In this document: in pieces, positions 22,312 to 33,090 of the stretch | How positions within the stretch are numbered: the stretch's first letter is position 1 | How the letters are laid out: each line of letters starts with the position of its first letter | Source of the DNA: Histomonas meleagridis 2922-C6/04-290x | Lineage: Eukaryota > Protista > Parabasalia | Assembly: GCA_020184695.1 (NCBI GenBank) | Contig: JAANOX010000085.1 | Span: forward strand, 62,001 to 126,000 | DNA: 64,000 nucleotides | Direction: 5' to 3' | Translations under genes and position numbers: made by a program | The notes under the pieces: model-generated | What the model was told of the DNA's origin: nothing | The model's input: only the letters and a program-made list of their open reading frames with translations | The model's database searches: none

Positions 22312-22538
22312 GTAAAGCAGGAAATTCAGATCACTTCATTTTTTTGAGCTCTGCTTTTCAGCATTTTTTCGAATGATTTTCTGCATAGAAACACACGCGC
22401 AGCTCATCGATCGATTGCTTTTCCGATTCAGTTGTCATTCGCATTCAAATTTGGATTCAAATTTCTGGTTATTTGGAAGGAAGACGTTTTGAATGAATTC
22501 TTTTGAATGAACGTTACATTCAAAAATGTTTCAGTCAA

Positions 22539-23365
22539 ATGTCGACTGCGCAAAATATTGTTGCTGCAATATTTTGGATTCAATCGATTATCTTTGGTAT
22601 TGCTTCGCTGATTTTGATTATTGTGGGAGGTGTTTATTGGAGAAAAGACAATAATTATAATTATGATGGAGGTATCAGTTCATTGTTCTCAATTCCTGTA
22701 ACTCAATCACAAGAAAATGTAAAAATGTATATAATAACAAACAAAACAAATCAATCTATTTATTCACAAAATAATTTTCTTATGGATTTAATAGGTATTG
22801 AAACTGATTCATATTACTCATTCCGTATCATTCACAACATGTTAGGATATGATATTAGTTTATCAATCAATGCAAATGATGTTGTTCAACACCAATATAT
22901 AAATAATTTTAATTAATTACTGACGAATCGAATATTACAAAAATTGAATATCATGATTTCAATCAACAAGGTCTAGACTTATCTGGAGTTCAGTCTTCAA
23001 ATAATTTTTATCAAGTATTATGTCCATCTTCATCGATAATTACAAACTCATCTGAAATTGGAAATTTATGTAAAGAAGTAAAAAGTCCCTTAGAGATTAA
23101 AGGAGATTTTACACTAATGAAAGTTGGTACTAATATTCATTTGGTATCAACCAACAATCAGATTCATTTTCATAATTCATCGTTTATAACATCATCGAAT
23201 TTTGACGAAGTTTATTTAGCTGTTTCTAATTTTGAAACAGGTTCAGATTATAAATGGGGCAAAAAACTATGTATCGCCGGAATTGTAATTTTTTGCTTGA
23301 TGCTCATTGAATTTTTAGGTCTTTGCTGCTATTTCATCACTGTAATTCCATTTTCTGGAAGATAA
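22539..23365 (+). CDS. Membrane protein with N- and C-terminal TM helices, split by one frameshift near 22913
   Basis: ORF from ATG 22539 stops at 22916. The -1 frame is open from 22913 through ORF 23117..23365 (LITDESNITKIEY...). Adding one base restores a single gene. Confidence 0.6.
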
Positions 23366-23821
23366 ATTCATTTATATTAAACAAATAAAAAATGCATTGA
23401 ATATTTTTAATATGAATAAAACTATACATGAAAATAATTTTTATTTTAAATAAAAAATAAATAATCCAAATATTCATATGAATTGATCAATTTAATACAA
23501 TGTAAATATTAAATTCAAATTCTCTAGGACGCATCATATCAAAAATTGTAATTGCTTCAATTAAAGCTCACCTAGCTCATATAACATTGTTAAGCCAAGT
23601 TAAATCAAATCATTTTGTTGAAGCTTTTTTATCATTACAAATAAATTGTCATCACCATTTCGAAGTCTTTTGCTTTTTATGTAGAACGTTCTACTCCCAT
23701 TTTTTACGATTCATTACTCCTTCTAAAGAAAAACAATCACTTATTGGTTTAAGTGGATGTGGAAAAATGTAATAAAATTATCAAACAAATTTAAATTATT
23801 TATTAAACATTGTTATTTTGA

Positions 23822-24862
23822 TTATATATTATAATACAAATGCATTAACTCAGCTCGTTTCTTGGGTGATTTTATAGCAGCAGTAGAGTCGCAAAATAAT
23901 GCGTTCGCATTTTCATCACATAAATTTTTGAAATTATCCAAGAACTCTTTAATTTGTAACTTATTTGAATTAATATCACGTATCAAAGCGAACAATTCAT
24001 CTAATTTTTTCTTATTTTTAAAAATTTTCTTTGCAGATTTTGTTAATCTATGCATTGCATTTTTGTGGTTTGATTCTTTAATATTTGATTCGTTTGTATT
24101 TGTTTGTTTTGTTTCATCATTTCCATATATATCCAAAGTAATGTTTTCATGATGTACAGAGATTAAATGAAAATCAAGTTCAAATTGGGTTTCGAATACA
24201 ACAAATCCTTGTTGAATGCATTCGACATGTTTACATGCGAAGTGTTTTTCTTGAAAATGTTTTTGGATTTCATCATAATCTTTAAACCATAATATATTTC
24301 CTTCTTTCGCACATATATCACATCTAAAATGTTTGGAATTCGTATGTTCAGAAAGTTCATGATCATCATAAGCTGTGTAATTACATAACTTACATTTAGG
24401 ATGTTGCTTGACATGATTCATAATTTGTTTCGTTGGGAATAATGGTGTTTGACATTTTAGAAATCGATGAGAATGAAAACATATTCGACATGGTTCTTGA
24501 TTATGAATTTTTTTAGTATGAAGAGAAAGTTCTTTTAATGAGTGGAATTTATGTGAACATATTGTACATTTGATTTTGTTCATTTCTCTAAGTAATGATA
24601 AAATTTTGGGTGATGAATAATAAAAATTAGTTTTATCATCATGTGGATATTTTTTGGATTCTGCTTCTTCATATGTAATATTACTTGTGTATGGTACGAT
24701 TATTGGATCTTTTTCAAAAACATTTCTACACATTGGACACGTATTAGAACCATAACATTCTTTCATTCTTGCAATGCACTCAATACAAAAATCATTGTGA
24801 TTGCATGGTAGAAGTGCACGGTACTTTTGTTCATTAAGACAAATCATACATATTGCTTTCAT
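23822..24862 (-). CDS. ZNF598: RING + multiple C2H2 E3 ligase, ZNF598/Hel2-like
   Basis: CMIC...PCNHNDFCIECIARM...CPMCR RING followed by C2H2-like fingers (HFRCDIC...HFQEKHFAC...FETQFELDFHLISVH). Confidence 0.75.
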   Translation of the reverse strand: MKAICMICLNEQKYRALLPCNHNDFCIECIARMKECYGSNTCPMCRNVFEKDPIIVPYTSNITYEEAESKKYPHDDKTNFYYSSPKILSLLREMNKIKCTICSHKFHSLKELSLHTKKIHNQEPCRICFHSHRFLKCQTPLFPTKQIMNHVKQHPKCKLCNYTAYDDHELSEHTNSKHFRCDICAKEGNILWFKDYDEIQKHFQEKHFACKHVECIQQGFVVFETQFELDFHLISVHHENITLDIYGNDETKQTNTNESNIKESNHKNAMHRLTKSAKKIFKNKKKLDELFALIRDINSNKLQIKEFLDNFKNLCDENANALFCDSTAAIKSPKKRAELMHLYYNI

Positions 24863-25393
24863 TTATTATTGTAAATAGTGAAGTGAATTCATTTTGTGTA
24901 GAACTGTAACTTAAATTGAATCCAAAATTTTTGTGAATTGAAAGGTCTTTTGGTCGTTCAACTGAAGACCAAAATTTTTTTGTTTCATCGATGAGAGGTG
25001 ATAACCAAACGCATAACAACAGTTATCTCATTTTCACTCCCTTTTTTTACTTTCATACATTTTTTTATTTCTCAAGATATAACAAGATGCTAAATGATTA
25101 CCTTGTATACTAATTTTTTTTCTGACGGTGCTCGCCTTTAGATTTTTGGTTTTTACAACCAACTTTTTCATGGGTTGTTTTTTACATAAATGATTTATTA
25201 AATATGAACATGTTATGACTAATTTCTATCCATCAAATTCTTCAGTTAAAAATGATATTTTATATCTTAAAATTATTTAAATTTTTGTTTGAAGTTCATT
25301 AAAAAATAGAAAAATAATTTTTGTGTTGCGAGAAGAAAAATTAATTTGAAATTTGTCAAGCATATAAATTGTCAGTATCACCTTGTTTATTAA

Positions 25394-25822
25394 TTAGTTC
25401 CACTTGTTTGTTTCAAACCTTTCCTTGAGTTCTTCATCACCAAGAAGAATTGATTTCTTTACATCCCAAATTAAATCAAGTTGGAAATCTCTTGATATTG
25501 CTGAACGAGCATTTGTAAAAACGATGTTAACCTGTGGGGCAAGTCCCGTTGGGCAGTAAGCAATAAGGAGCAAAGGATAAGATTTTCGAATTCCATCGGC
25601 GTGGATACGTTCAACCATCATTACAATGAAGCGTGGTTCGTTTCTTGGGAGCAAGTCAGCAAGGTCATCAAGGGATTTTCCTTCTGGGAAATTGTATTCT
25701 AATTCGCATTTGAGTGTTTCAGGGTCAGGTCTAATAATGAAAGAATGGTTTGGAACTCTGCTAACGCGGAGTTTATCAAAAGCAGCGCGACACTCAGATG
25801 TTATATCAACAGAAACAGCCAT
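25394..25822 (-). CDS. GMF: Glia maturation factor (ADF-H family)
   Basis: 142 aa; LPRNEPRFIV...DGIRKSYPLLLIAYCP pattern of GMF; Inr-like TCACTT just upstream. Confidence 0.75.
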   Translation of the reverse strand: MAVSVDITSECRAAFDKLRVSRVPNHSFIIRPDPETLKCELEYNFPEGKSLDDLADLLPRNEPRFIVMMVERIHADGIRKSYPLLLIAYCPTGLAPQVNIVFTNARSAISRDFQLDLIWDVKKSILLGDEELKERFETNKWN

Positions 25823-26069
25823 CTCAAAGTGAAGGTAAGACGTTAATTTGTCAAATTAGCGGACAAGCAAAAGTGGTTAAACCAACCGCAAATTTCAAAG
25901 AGCCAAATTCAAAACTTTATATGGTATAAAAAGCAAATATTTACACAAAAAGTGATAATGTTTTCAATACTTTATTCTAAAACTGTTTTTAAACGATTTC
26001 TTAGACATTACTTTCAGAAAATAATATCAACTTAAAAAAGAGAATAATCATTATTATTTTGCGTTAATT

Positions 26070-26492
26070 TTAGAAAACTGCTGGAGCAACGCTGGCAATC
26101 TTTGGCCAAAGTTCTGCGCATTCTTTGGCAACTGGGCCTGTGATTGCAGAACCTTTCATTTCACCCTTATCGTTGATAACAACACCTGCATTATCTTCGA
26201 AACCAATAACAACACCATCCTTACGACGCCATAATCTCTTTTGACGGACGATAACTGCGCACATAACCTTCTTACGGAGTGTTGGCTTACCTTTCTTGAT
26301 GGTAACAACAATAAGATCGGAAACTGTAGCAGCTGGGAGTCTGTTAAGCCTACCCTTATGACCACGCTTTGAAATAACAAACATTGTCTTGGCACCTGAG
26401 TTATCAGCGCATTGAACAACGGCACCCACTGGTAAAGCGAGTGTCATTGCGAACTTGGTGCCTTGTTGACCAGTGCGTCCTCTCTTTGACAT
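26070..26492 (-). CDS. RPL23: 60S ribosomal protein L23 (uL14)
   Basis: MSKRGRTG...[18 protein letters not shown]...GRLNRLPAA...[18 protein letters not shown]; true ATG at 26492 (140 aa). Confidence 0.97.
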   Translation of the reverse strand: MSKRGRTGQQGTKFAMTLALPVGAVVQCADNSGAKTMFVISKRGHKGRLNRLPAATVSDLIVVTIKKGKPTLRKKVMCAVIVRQKRLWRRKDGVVIGFEDNAGVVINDKGEMKGSAITGPVAKECAELWPKIASVAPAVF

Positions 26493-26568
26493 CCTGGAAA
26501 AGGCCAACGGTTTTTCAGGCCAATACCAATAACCGCCGGAAATTGAGAGTGTTTGTTTGGCCTTTCTA
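26493..26568. promoter_or_regulatory. 76-nt bidirectional promoter with an M5-like CCTTT on each strand and M3-like RCSGTTD motifs
   Basis: Minus-strand CCTTT (26498-26502) and ACCGTTG (26505-11) before RPL23; plus-strand CCTTT (26561-65) before RPS5. Confidence 0.7.
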
Positions 26569-27150
26569 ATGCAAGACGTCAAGCTCTTCGGAAAGTGGTC
26601 TTATTCCGATATCGATTTCGAACAACTCGATAAAGCACTTGTTGATTACATCTCAGTTCACGAAAAACAACAGGTAATTCTCCCACACACAGCAGGCCGT
26701 TATCAACATCAACAATTCCACAAGGTAAATTGTCCACTTGTTGAACGTTTTGTTTGCTATCTTATGTGCCATGGTCGTAATGCAGGTAAGAAGCTTATGG
26801 CTATTCGCATTGTTCGTCAAGCATTTGATCTCATCAATTTAGTTACAGGCGAAAACCCACTTGTTGTCTTTGTTAAGGCTGTTCAATATTGTGGTGCTCG
26901 CGAAGATTCAACACGTATTGGTGTTGGTGGTACAGTTCGTCGTCAAGCATGTGATGTATCACCACTCCGTCGTATCAACCAATCACTCGCTCTCATCACA
27001 GAAGGTGCACGTAAGTCTGCATTCCGGTCATCCAAGACAATTGCAGAATGCCTTGCCGATGAACTCATTGCAGCATCAGGTAACACAAACGACAGTTACG
27101 CAGTTCGTAAGAAGGATGAACTCGAACGCATTGCCAAGTCCAACCGTTAA
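26569..27150 (+). CDS. RPS5: 40S ribosomal protein S5 (uS7)
   Basis: [11 protein letters not shown]...[20 protein letters not shown]...REDSTRIG...[12 protein letters not shown]...[13 protein letters not shown]. Confidence 0.97.
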   Translation: MQDVKLFGKWSYSDIDFEQLDKALVDYISVHEKQQVILPHTAGRYQHQQFHKVNCPLVERFVCYLMCHGRNAGKKLMAIRIVRQAFDLINLVTGENPLVVFVKAVQYCGAREDSTRIGVGGTVRRQACDVSPLRRINQSLALITEGARKSAFRSSKTIAECLADELIAASGNTNDSYAVRKKDELERIAKSNR

Positions 27151-27172
27151 ACAGTTCATTAATGATAAACTT

Positions 27173-27721
27173 TTATTGTTTTTCTTCGATTTGTTCGGAC
27201 AACCATTCAAATGCGGAATTGATTCCTTCGCCTTTGAGGGCACTGGTGGGCACAATTGTCCACGGTCTGTCTTTGATTGTTGATAGGGCAAGTTTATCGC
27301 TTATTTCTTCTGGCTTCATAGCAGAATCTAAATCTTGCTTATTTGCTATTATTACAAATGGTACACCTTTGAGTTCTTCTTCTCCAAGAAGAGCATGAAG
27401 TTCGCTTTTACAGAGATCCATACGTTCCTTGTCAGCAGAATCAACTACAAAAACAACTCCATGATTATCTTTATAATAAAATCGCCAATATGGTCTAAGC
27501 AAATGTTGTCCACCTAGATCCCAAATCTGTAGAGTAAGGTTGCCTACTTCTACCTTTTCTAAGTTAAATGCAACTGTAGGTGCGACTTGCTGAATGTACT
27601 GTCCAAGTGAAAGACGGTATAAAATTGTTGTTTTTCCTGCAGAATCTAGACCAAGGATGAGAATTTTAACTTCTTTTTTACTGGAAAACCATGAGCGAAT
27701 CGATGAAATAATTCCACCCAT
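27173..27721 (-). CDS. Arf-like small GTPase (ARL1-like)
   Basis: MG myristoylation start, GLDSAGKTT, WDLGGQ, NKQD. Confidence 0.92.
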   Translation of the reverse strand: MGGIISSIRSWFSSKKEVKILILGLDSAGKTTILYRLSLGQYIQQVAPTVAFNLEKVEVGNLTLQIWDLGGQHLLRPYWRFYYKDNHGVVFVVDSADKERMDLCKSELHALLGEEELKGVPFVIIANKQDLDSAMKPEEISDKLALSTIKDRPWTIVPTSALKGEGINSAFEWLSEQIEEKQ

Positions 27722-28121
27722 TTGTCACTTTTCATGGCGCTTTTTTTGGTTTCAGAAATGGATACTTCATAATGCAAAAAATGATCAATATATTAAATAG
27801 TTAAACCTGCTGATACGAGAAGTCGATATAGTAAAAAAATTCATATCAATATCTTAAATTAAAAAAATCAAATTAAAATTTCCAAAATCAATCTTTTTGA
27901 GTAGAGAAGAAAATGTAAGTTTAATTGTTCTAATCAACAATTTATATAAAAAATTCTTATGTTTGTTATCATGTCTTAATCGTGTAATAGGTTTTTCTCT
28001 ATATTAAAATTACTTTATTTTTTTCTGTTCTTTGCAATGAAAAACTTCAGAAGTTAGTACAACTTTTTGAGGTAACCTGTTTTGAGGCAAATGACATGAA
28101 AAAGCAAAAGTGACAAAAAAG

Positions 28122-28619
28122 ATGAAAAGAAAATCAAGCCCGCGTGCTGTCCAAACAGAAGAAGATCAAGAGTCTCTTTACAGTAACCTTGGTGTGAAAC
28201 GTAAAGCTGGCTTTTCTGTTCATATGAAGTATCTCCCACTTGCTTTGATATTTAGCGCAATTGGAATCCTTCTTTATATCACAGTTGGTGGTGTTGACCT
28301 TAAAGCTCATATCCCATACATTGTTATTGCTTATGCAGCTGGTGTTGCTGGCCTTACAGTTGCATACTCATACGTTGCTCAATGGGTTATAAAGCAAAGG
28401 AACGTACAAAAGAAGAATGCAAAGAAACAAGCTAAAGGAGAAGTTCGCGAAGCTGAAGGACTTTGGTTCTCTCTCTTCTACAATAATGCATTTTATTGTT
28501 TCCTTCTTCTCATCAACTCACATCTCCTCTTTAGCACACTTCATCCAACCACATCTATGGTCCTTTCACAACTTTGCGCAGCCTTTATCCCAGCATGGTT
28601 AGCAAGCTTGTCAAAGTAA
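28122..28619 (+). CDS. SSR3: Translocon-associated protein gamma
   Basis: Four TM segments and the EAEGLWFSLFYNNAFY motif (TRAP-gamma EA..FSIFYNN). Confidence 0.75.
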   Translation: MKRKSSPRAVQTEEDQESLYSNLGVKRKAGFSVHMKYLPLALIFSAIGILLYITVGGVDLKAHIPYIVIAYAAGVAGLTVAYSYVAQWVIKQRNVQKKNAKKQAKGEVREAEGLWFSLFYNNAFYCFLLLINSHLLFSTLHPTTSMVLSQLCAAFIPAWLASLSK

Positions 28620-29291
28620 ACTTAACACATATAATTTACATATTTCATCATATTATAATCAGTTCCTTTTTTTATTTAACTATTTATGTATCTCATTTTA
28701 AATTTTTTTTGTTTTAGTTTTTTTTAATCATTCAAATAAAACTTGTGAAACAATATTATCATTTCTTAATAGACATATTATTTTGGTTTTTATGGAGACG
28801 AAATTGGGAATTCCATCAACTCAAAATTAATTTGCTTTCCCTAGTTAAAATGTTTTTAATTTTTATATTGTGCAAAATTATATGTACGATCAAAAAATCA
28901 TAAAAATAAAAAAAAAAAAAATTAAAAAACTTGATATATAATTAAATATAATTTATACTATAAAAACAATGATATTTGAAAGCATTTTCAAAAAATGAAA
29001 AATTGTCAAATTATCTTCCAGAAGAAAAATAAATATAAATACATAACACTAAAAACTTGCAGCGTAATAAAAAATTAATTACTTCTTGCTTGTGTATATG
29101 TCAAAAAAAAAAAAAAAAAGAGTTTAATAAATGTTTCATCTAAAAATACCTTTTTTTCATGTCAAAAGATGAATAGGTACTTCATAAAAAATAATAGATA
29201 AAGGATTTAAACTAAATGATACACCAAAGCTATACACTGTATATCTTTTATTTGAGAAAATTTTAAAGAAATCACCACAATTCCAAAACAT

Positions 29292-29993
29292 ATGTTTCAA
29301 AACATTTTAATTATTATAACAATTAAATCAGATACATTGCTCCTTATGACGTATGTTACAAGATTGAATAATTACGAATGGTTTAAAATGTGTGAACATT
29401 TGATTCAATCACATCTTTATAATGAAGCCAATGGATCATATAAAAAATATAATCAAAATGATGAAGCGATTAAAGTGATGTTACATATAAGAAATTGGTT
29501 CAAGCTGCATCAGAACATTGTGAACCACGCAGTTTAGGGAGAAGTTGGGGGTGCACACTTTGTTGAAGGATTGGTTGTTGATTCAATCGAATCAATGATG
29601 TTGACAAAACCAACACAGTGCCTTGTTACATTTTTAGAACTTGCGCATGAAATCCAAATTTTGGATCCTATTATTGAAATATAAAACGGTATTATGTTTT
29701 ACATAGATAAACTGGATAAATTAGCAGAACGTGAAAAACATTCATCACCAAACTCACTATCCGAGAAAGAAGGAGCATATCATTAATGTGATTTCAATTA
29801 TACAAAATAGGAAATATATACGCGACTAATGGTGTATTTGGAGGCAAATACAAATTTTGAATTCTATCAATCATTAAAACCTTTACTTTATGATCGAAGT
29901 TTAATTTTGAATGGACTATTTAATGAAAGAGATTTCTCATCTTTTGGATCTAGAAAAATAGCATACATAATTCAAATCAAAGTAAAACCATAA
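29292..29993 (+). pseudogene. Decayed coding relic of unknown family
   Basis: One frame stays protein-like across isolated stops (HQNIVNHAV*GEVGGAHFVEGLVVD...LDPIIEI*NGIMFYIDKLDKLAER). Confidence 0.35.
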
Positions 29994-30073
29994 ATGATTT
30001 GATACGAAAGATGTTATATGATTCAAATAACTATTTTAATATTATTATTAAAATGATGAAACTGGTCCCCTTT

Positions 30074-30661
30074 TTATTGAATCAAGTCACGAACACGCAT
30101 AAGGTTAAATCCCAATAGGTTTGTGCCTCTCCACCTGAACGGATCACTAGCTTCAGGCTTTGATTGATCAATGCCAATTCCCCAGATTTTGTCGTACGGA
30201 CTTGCTTCAACGAGAACTTTATCTCCTGTAGACTTTAGAAAGTCATGCAAGTCGGGGTTTTGTGAAAACTTGAAATAATTCCCATTAACCACTATCAAAT
30301 TTTTGTATTCATCCCATTTTTTCCCATCAAAGTTTTTAACCTTGCGTCCAAGTGCTTTGATTCTTTTTGGGTCAGCGTTAGAGAGAATTTCTCTTCTGAT
30401 TTCCTCATCACCAAAAATACGTGCTTTTTCAGCCATCATATACTGCTCCATACAGTTATAAGTATGTCCTTCTATTTCAAATGAAGAAGGCCACCATTGG
30501 CTAAGACATGATTTTGTTATATTATCTTTTGTTCCTTGATGTCCCCAGAAAAATAAATACTCAACTTTTTCCCCACTTGATACCTTTGCTTTAAGCCAAT
30601 CTAAATTATAGTTGGTGGAATTTTGGAGCATTTCTTCAGCTTGGTAATGAATTTGGTTCAT
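30074..30661 (-). CDS. NADAR (YbiA/RibX, DUF1768) family protein
   Basis: YLFFWGH...SCLSQWW...EQYMMAEKARIFGD...KALGRKVKNFD...KFSQNPDL..FL..TG..VLVEASPYDKIWGIG...WRGTNLLGFNLM. Confidence 0.92.
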   Translation of the reverse strand: MNQIHYQAEEMLQNSTNYNLDWLKAKVSSGEKVEYLFFWGHQGTKDNITKSCLSQWWPSSFEIEGHTYNCMEQYMMAEKARIFGDEEIRREILSNADPKRIKALGRKVKNFDGKKWDEYKNLIVVNGNYFKFSQNPDLHDFLKSTGDKVLVEASPYDKIWGIGIDQSKPEASDPFRWRGTNLLGFNLMRVRDLIQ

Positions 30662-31146
30662 CAAACTTAAAGATGAAGTCACCTAACAAACCCAGTTTTT
30701 GAAAGCCCTCACAAAGAAAAATTTCTATTAAAATTTCCGTTTGTTAAACTTTTTTCTGAGTGAAATTTTACCACTTTTTCAATGAAAATAACCACCAAAA
30801 GCACTTTTCTGAGTAAAGATGCAGGAATTCAATAAATGTTCATCAGCAATAAATCATTAATGATTTATAATATTTCTTAAAGTTTTTGTAAATTGAAATT
30901 ATATATTTAAGCATATTAATTTTGCAATACAAATATATGAATATTTCTGAAATGACTCTAATGCCCAAACTTATTTTTATTAAATTTAGCAAATTATATG
31001 TTACTACATTGTACATTAAATTTCGTTATTTGAATATTTTGTTTATTAGACATGCAAATTCATATGAATTTTTCAGTTAATTTACATTCATAAATTTATA
31101 AAAAGTTTGAACTCGTTCACCTAAGTATAAAATCTAGATGAGATAT

Positions 31147-31809
31147 TTATTGAACCATAAAACCAAGAACGTTCTTGAAATGATTTGTTGCATCTCCAGT
31201 GATATCAACACCAATCATACCTTTGATGTATCCGCCAACCATGCTGGAGAGCCTTGTGCCATGACGAACATAGTGAATTGGTGCGGAGAGAAGTTTTCCG
31301 CCAATGTTAGCAACATGGACAATTGCATGATTACGAAGATATGCAAGAACTGAATTCTTTGGAACTGGAATAAGTGGTGAGACAGTTCCATTTGTAGCAG
31401 CAAAGCCGATAGATGAACCGATTTGATCAACATAAAAACCAAGAACATTCTTTGGATTGCATGCTTCTTTGCAGTTCTTCTTTTGCTGGACAACACTTAA
31501 TGGGTAATTCATAGCGGTAACAATTGCAGCACCAAGAGCGCCACCTTCAATGTATACAAGTGCTTTGTTTCCCTTTGGATCTTCTAAGTTCTTTTTGTAT
31601 GTTGGGCAATTTTGCTTAAGGATTTGAACGGCTACTGGGTAAGCAATAAAAGCGGTACCGGTCATCATTGATGGGATGACTGCATTCTTAAAGTTAAATG
31701 GTGTTGCATCTCCTTTAAGACCACGTGTTGCAACTTGAGATACAACACTACCTAAAGCAGCGGAAACATATGTTTGCGCCATTGATGCAGCGAATTTGTT
31801 GCAAGACAT
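31147..31809 (-). CDS. Small hydrophobic membrane protein with possible carrier-like helices
   Basis: 220-aa ORF, Gly/Ala-rich TM segments; divergent from the Rab gene across 145 nt. Confidence 0.7.
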   Translation of the reverse strand: MSCNKFAASMAQTYVSAALGSVVSQVATRGLKGDATPFNFKNAVIPSMMTGTAFIAYPVAVQILKQNCPTYKKNLEDPKGNKALVYIEGGALGAAIVTAMNYPLSVVQQKKNCKEACNPKNVLGFYVDQIGSSIGFAATNGTVSPLIPVPKNSVLAYLRNHAIVHVANIGGKLLSAPIHYVRHGTRLSSMVGGYIKGMIGVDITGDATNHFKNVLGFMVQ

Positions 31810-31954
31810 TTGCTAAAGTGTGTTAACCTTCAAATTGAGAGTTGCTTAGTCACTTAACATTTAGGTAAAAAGTGTCGCAGTAAACTAACTTTTTGAGAGG
31901 AATTTTTGATTATTTTGTTCTCTGAAAAAGTGGTGGATTAGACTCAAATTTCGT

Positions 31955-32560
31955 ATGGCTGCAAAGTCCGAAGCAGTTCCTGAAGCAAAGGTAGTTCTCT
32001 TAGGAACTACAATGGTTGGCAAAACTAGCATTGTTACACGTGTCACAAGTGGTGAGTTCGACCCATCTATCAAGCCAACAATTGGTGCATGTTATGCTTC
32101 AAAGTCATTTGATGTCAACGGTAGAACAGTAAAACTTCAAATATGGGATACCGCAGGTCAAGAAAGATTCAAAACTTTGGTTCCAATGTACTATAGAGGT
32201 GCAAAAGTCGCAGTTATTGTTTTCTCAGTAACTGACTCAGCTTCTCTTGGCGAAATCGATTTTTGGGCAACAGGTGTTAAATCTGGAACTTCACCACCAC
32301 CAGTTCTCTTTGTTATCGGAAACAAGATCGATCTTGTCGATGAAAGAGTTGTTTCAACTGAGCAAGGCCAAGAAGTTGCAAGCAAGCATGGAGCTGAGTA
32401 CTTTGAAATTTCTGCAACAACTGGTGATAATGTCGATAAAATGATCATGCGTGTTGCAGAAGTTGCACTTAGTCAAGTTAAGGATGAAGCACCTAGTGGT
32501 GGCGGTGCTGTTGTTACAATTGAAACACACGAAAAGAAGAACAACAAGTGCAGCTGCTAA
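31955..32560 (+). CDS. Rab GTPase (Rab5/RabF-related)
   Basis: GTTMVGKTS, PTIGAC, WDTAGQERF, GNKID, C-terminal CSC. Confidence 0.93.
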   Translation: MAAKSEAVPEAKVVLLGTTMVGKTSIVTRVTSGEFDPSIKPTIGACYASKSFDVNGRTVKLQIWDTAGQERFKTLVPMYYRGAKVAVIVFSVTDSASLGEIDFWATGVKSGTSPPPVLFVIGNKIDLVDERVVSTEQGQEVASKHGAEYFEISATTGDNVDKMIMRVAEVALSQVKDEAPSGGGAVVTIETHEKKNNKCSC

Positions 32561-33090
32561 ATAAACTTCACTCGCATCAGCGAATACGTATTAGTTTTTC
32601 ATTCAAAAAGTGTTCGTTGCTTTCAAAAACAGCGGTTTGAAATTATTTTTTCTGGGAAATAAAATTTTCTCCCAAAAATTCACTTAATATTTCAGAACAT
32701 TCTGAAGTGGTTTATTTCGATTTTTTGAAAATTGGTTTTTTTGGGGTGCATCATCGTTTTTATTGAACGTTTAGGGCTCATTAAACAGATTAAAGTGTTC
32801 CAACCAAAAACTTCTCGAAAATTTGTAATATTCTTTTCAAAATTATAATTTCTTAACAATATCTTATTGATGCCACAAGAAAAAATTTACATTAAACTGG
32901 GTAATATCGCAAAAACTTTATTTTCATATTAATATTTATTGAATTAGATTTAATCATCTTTAGTTCAAAAAATGACACTTTTAATTTGAAGGAAGATCTT
33001 AATTAGACGATAGAAAACGATGTGCATTTTATGGTAAAAATGATCGTTATAGGATTGTGCAAGAACAATTGAATCGATATTTGGTCAAAT

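Noticed and set aside
26493-26582. TTG/GTG-initiated or upstream extensions in the ORF track (RPL23, RPS5, Akt, CDC27, reductase, LRR, C2)
   Set aside because: Conserved N-termini begin at downstream ATGs; the extensions are UTR or promoter sequence.
31810-31830. Minus-strand TTAACACACTTTAG as a parabasalid intron 3' end
   Set aside because: Does not match ACTAAC-N-AG spacing, and no upstream exon or GT donor is needed.
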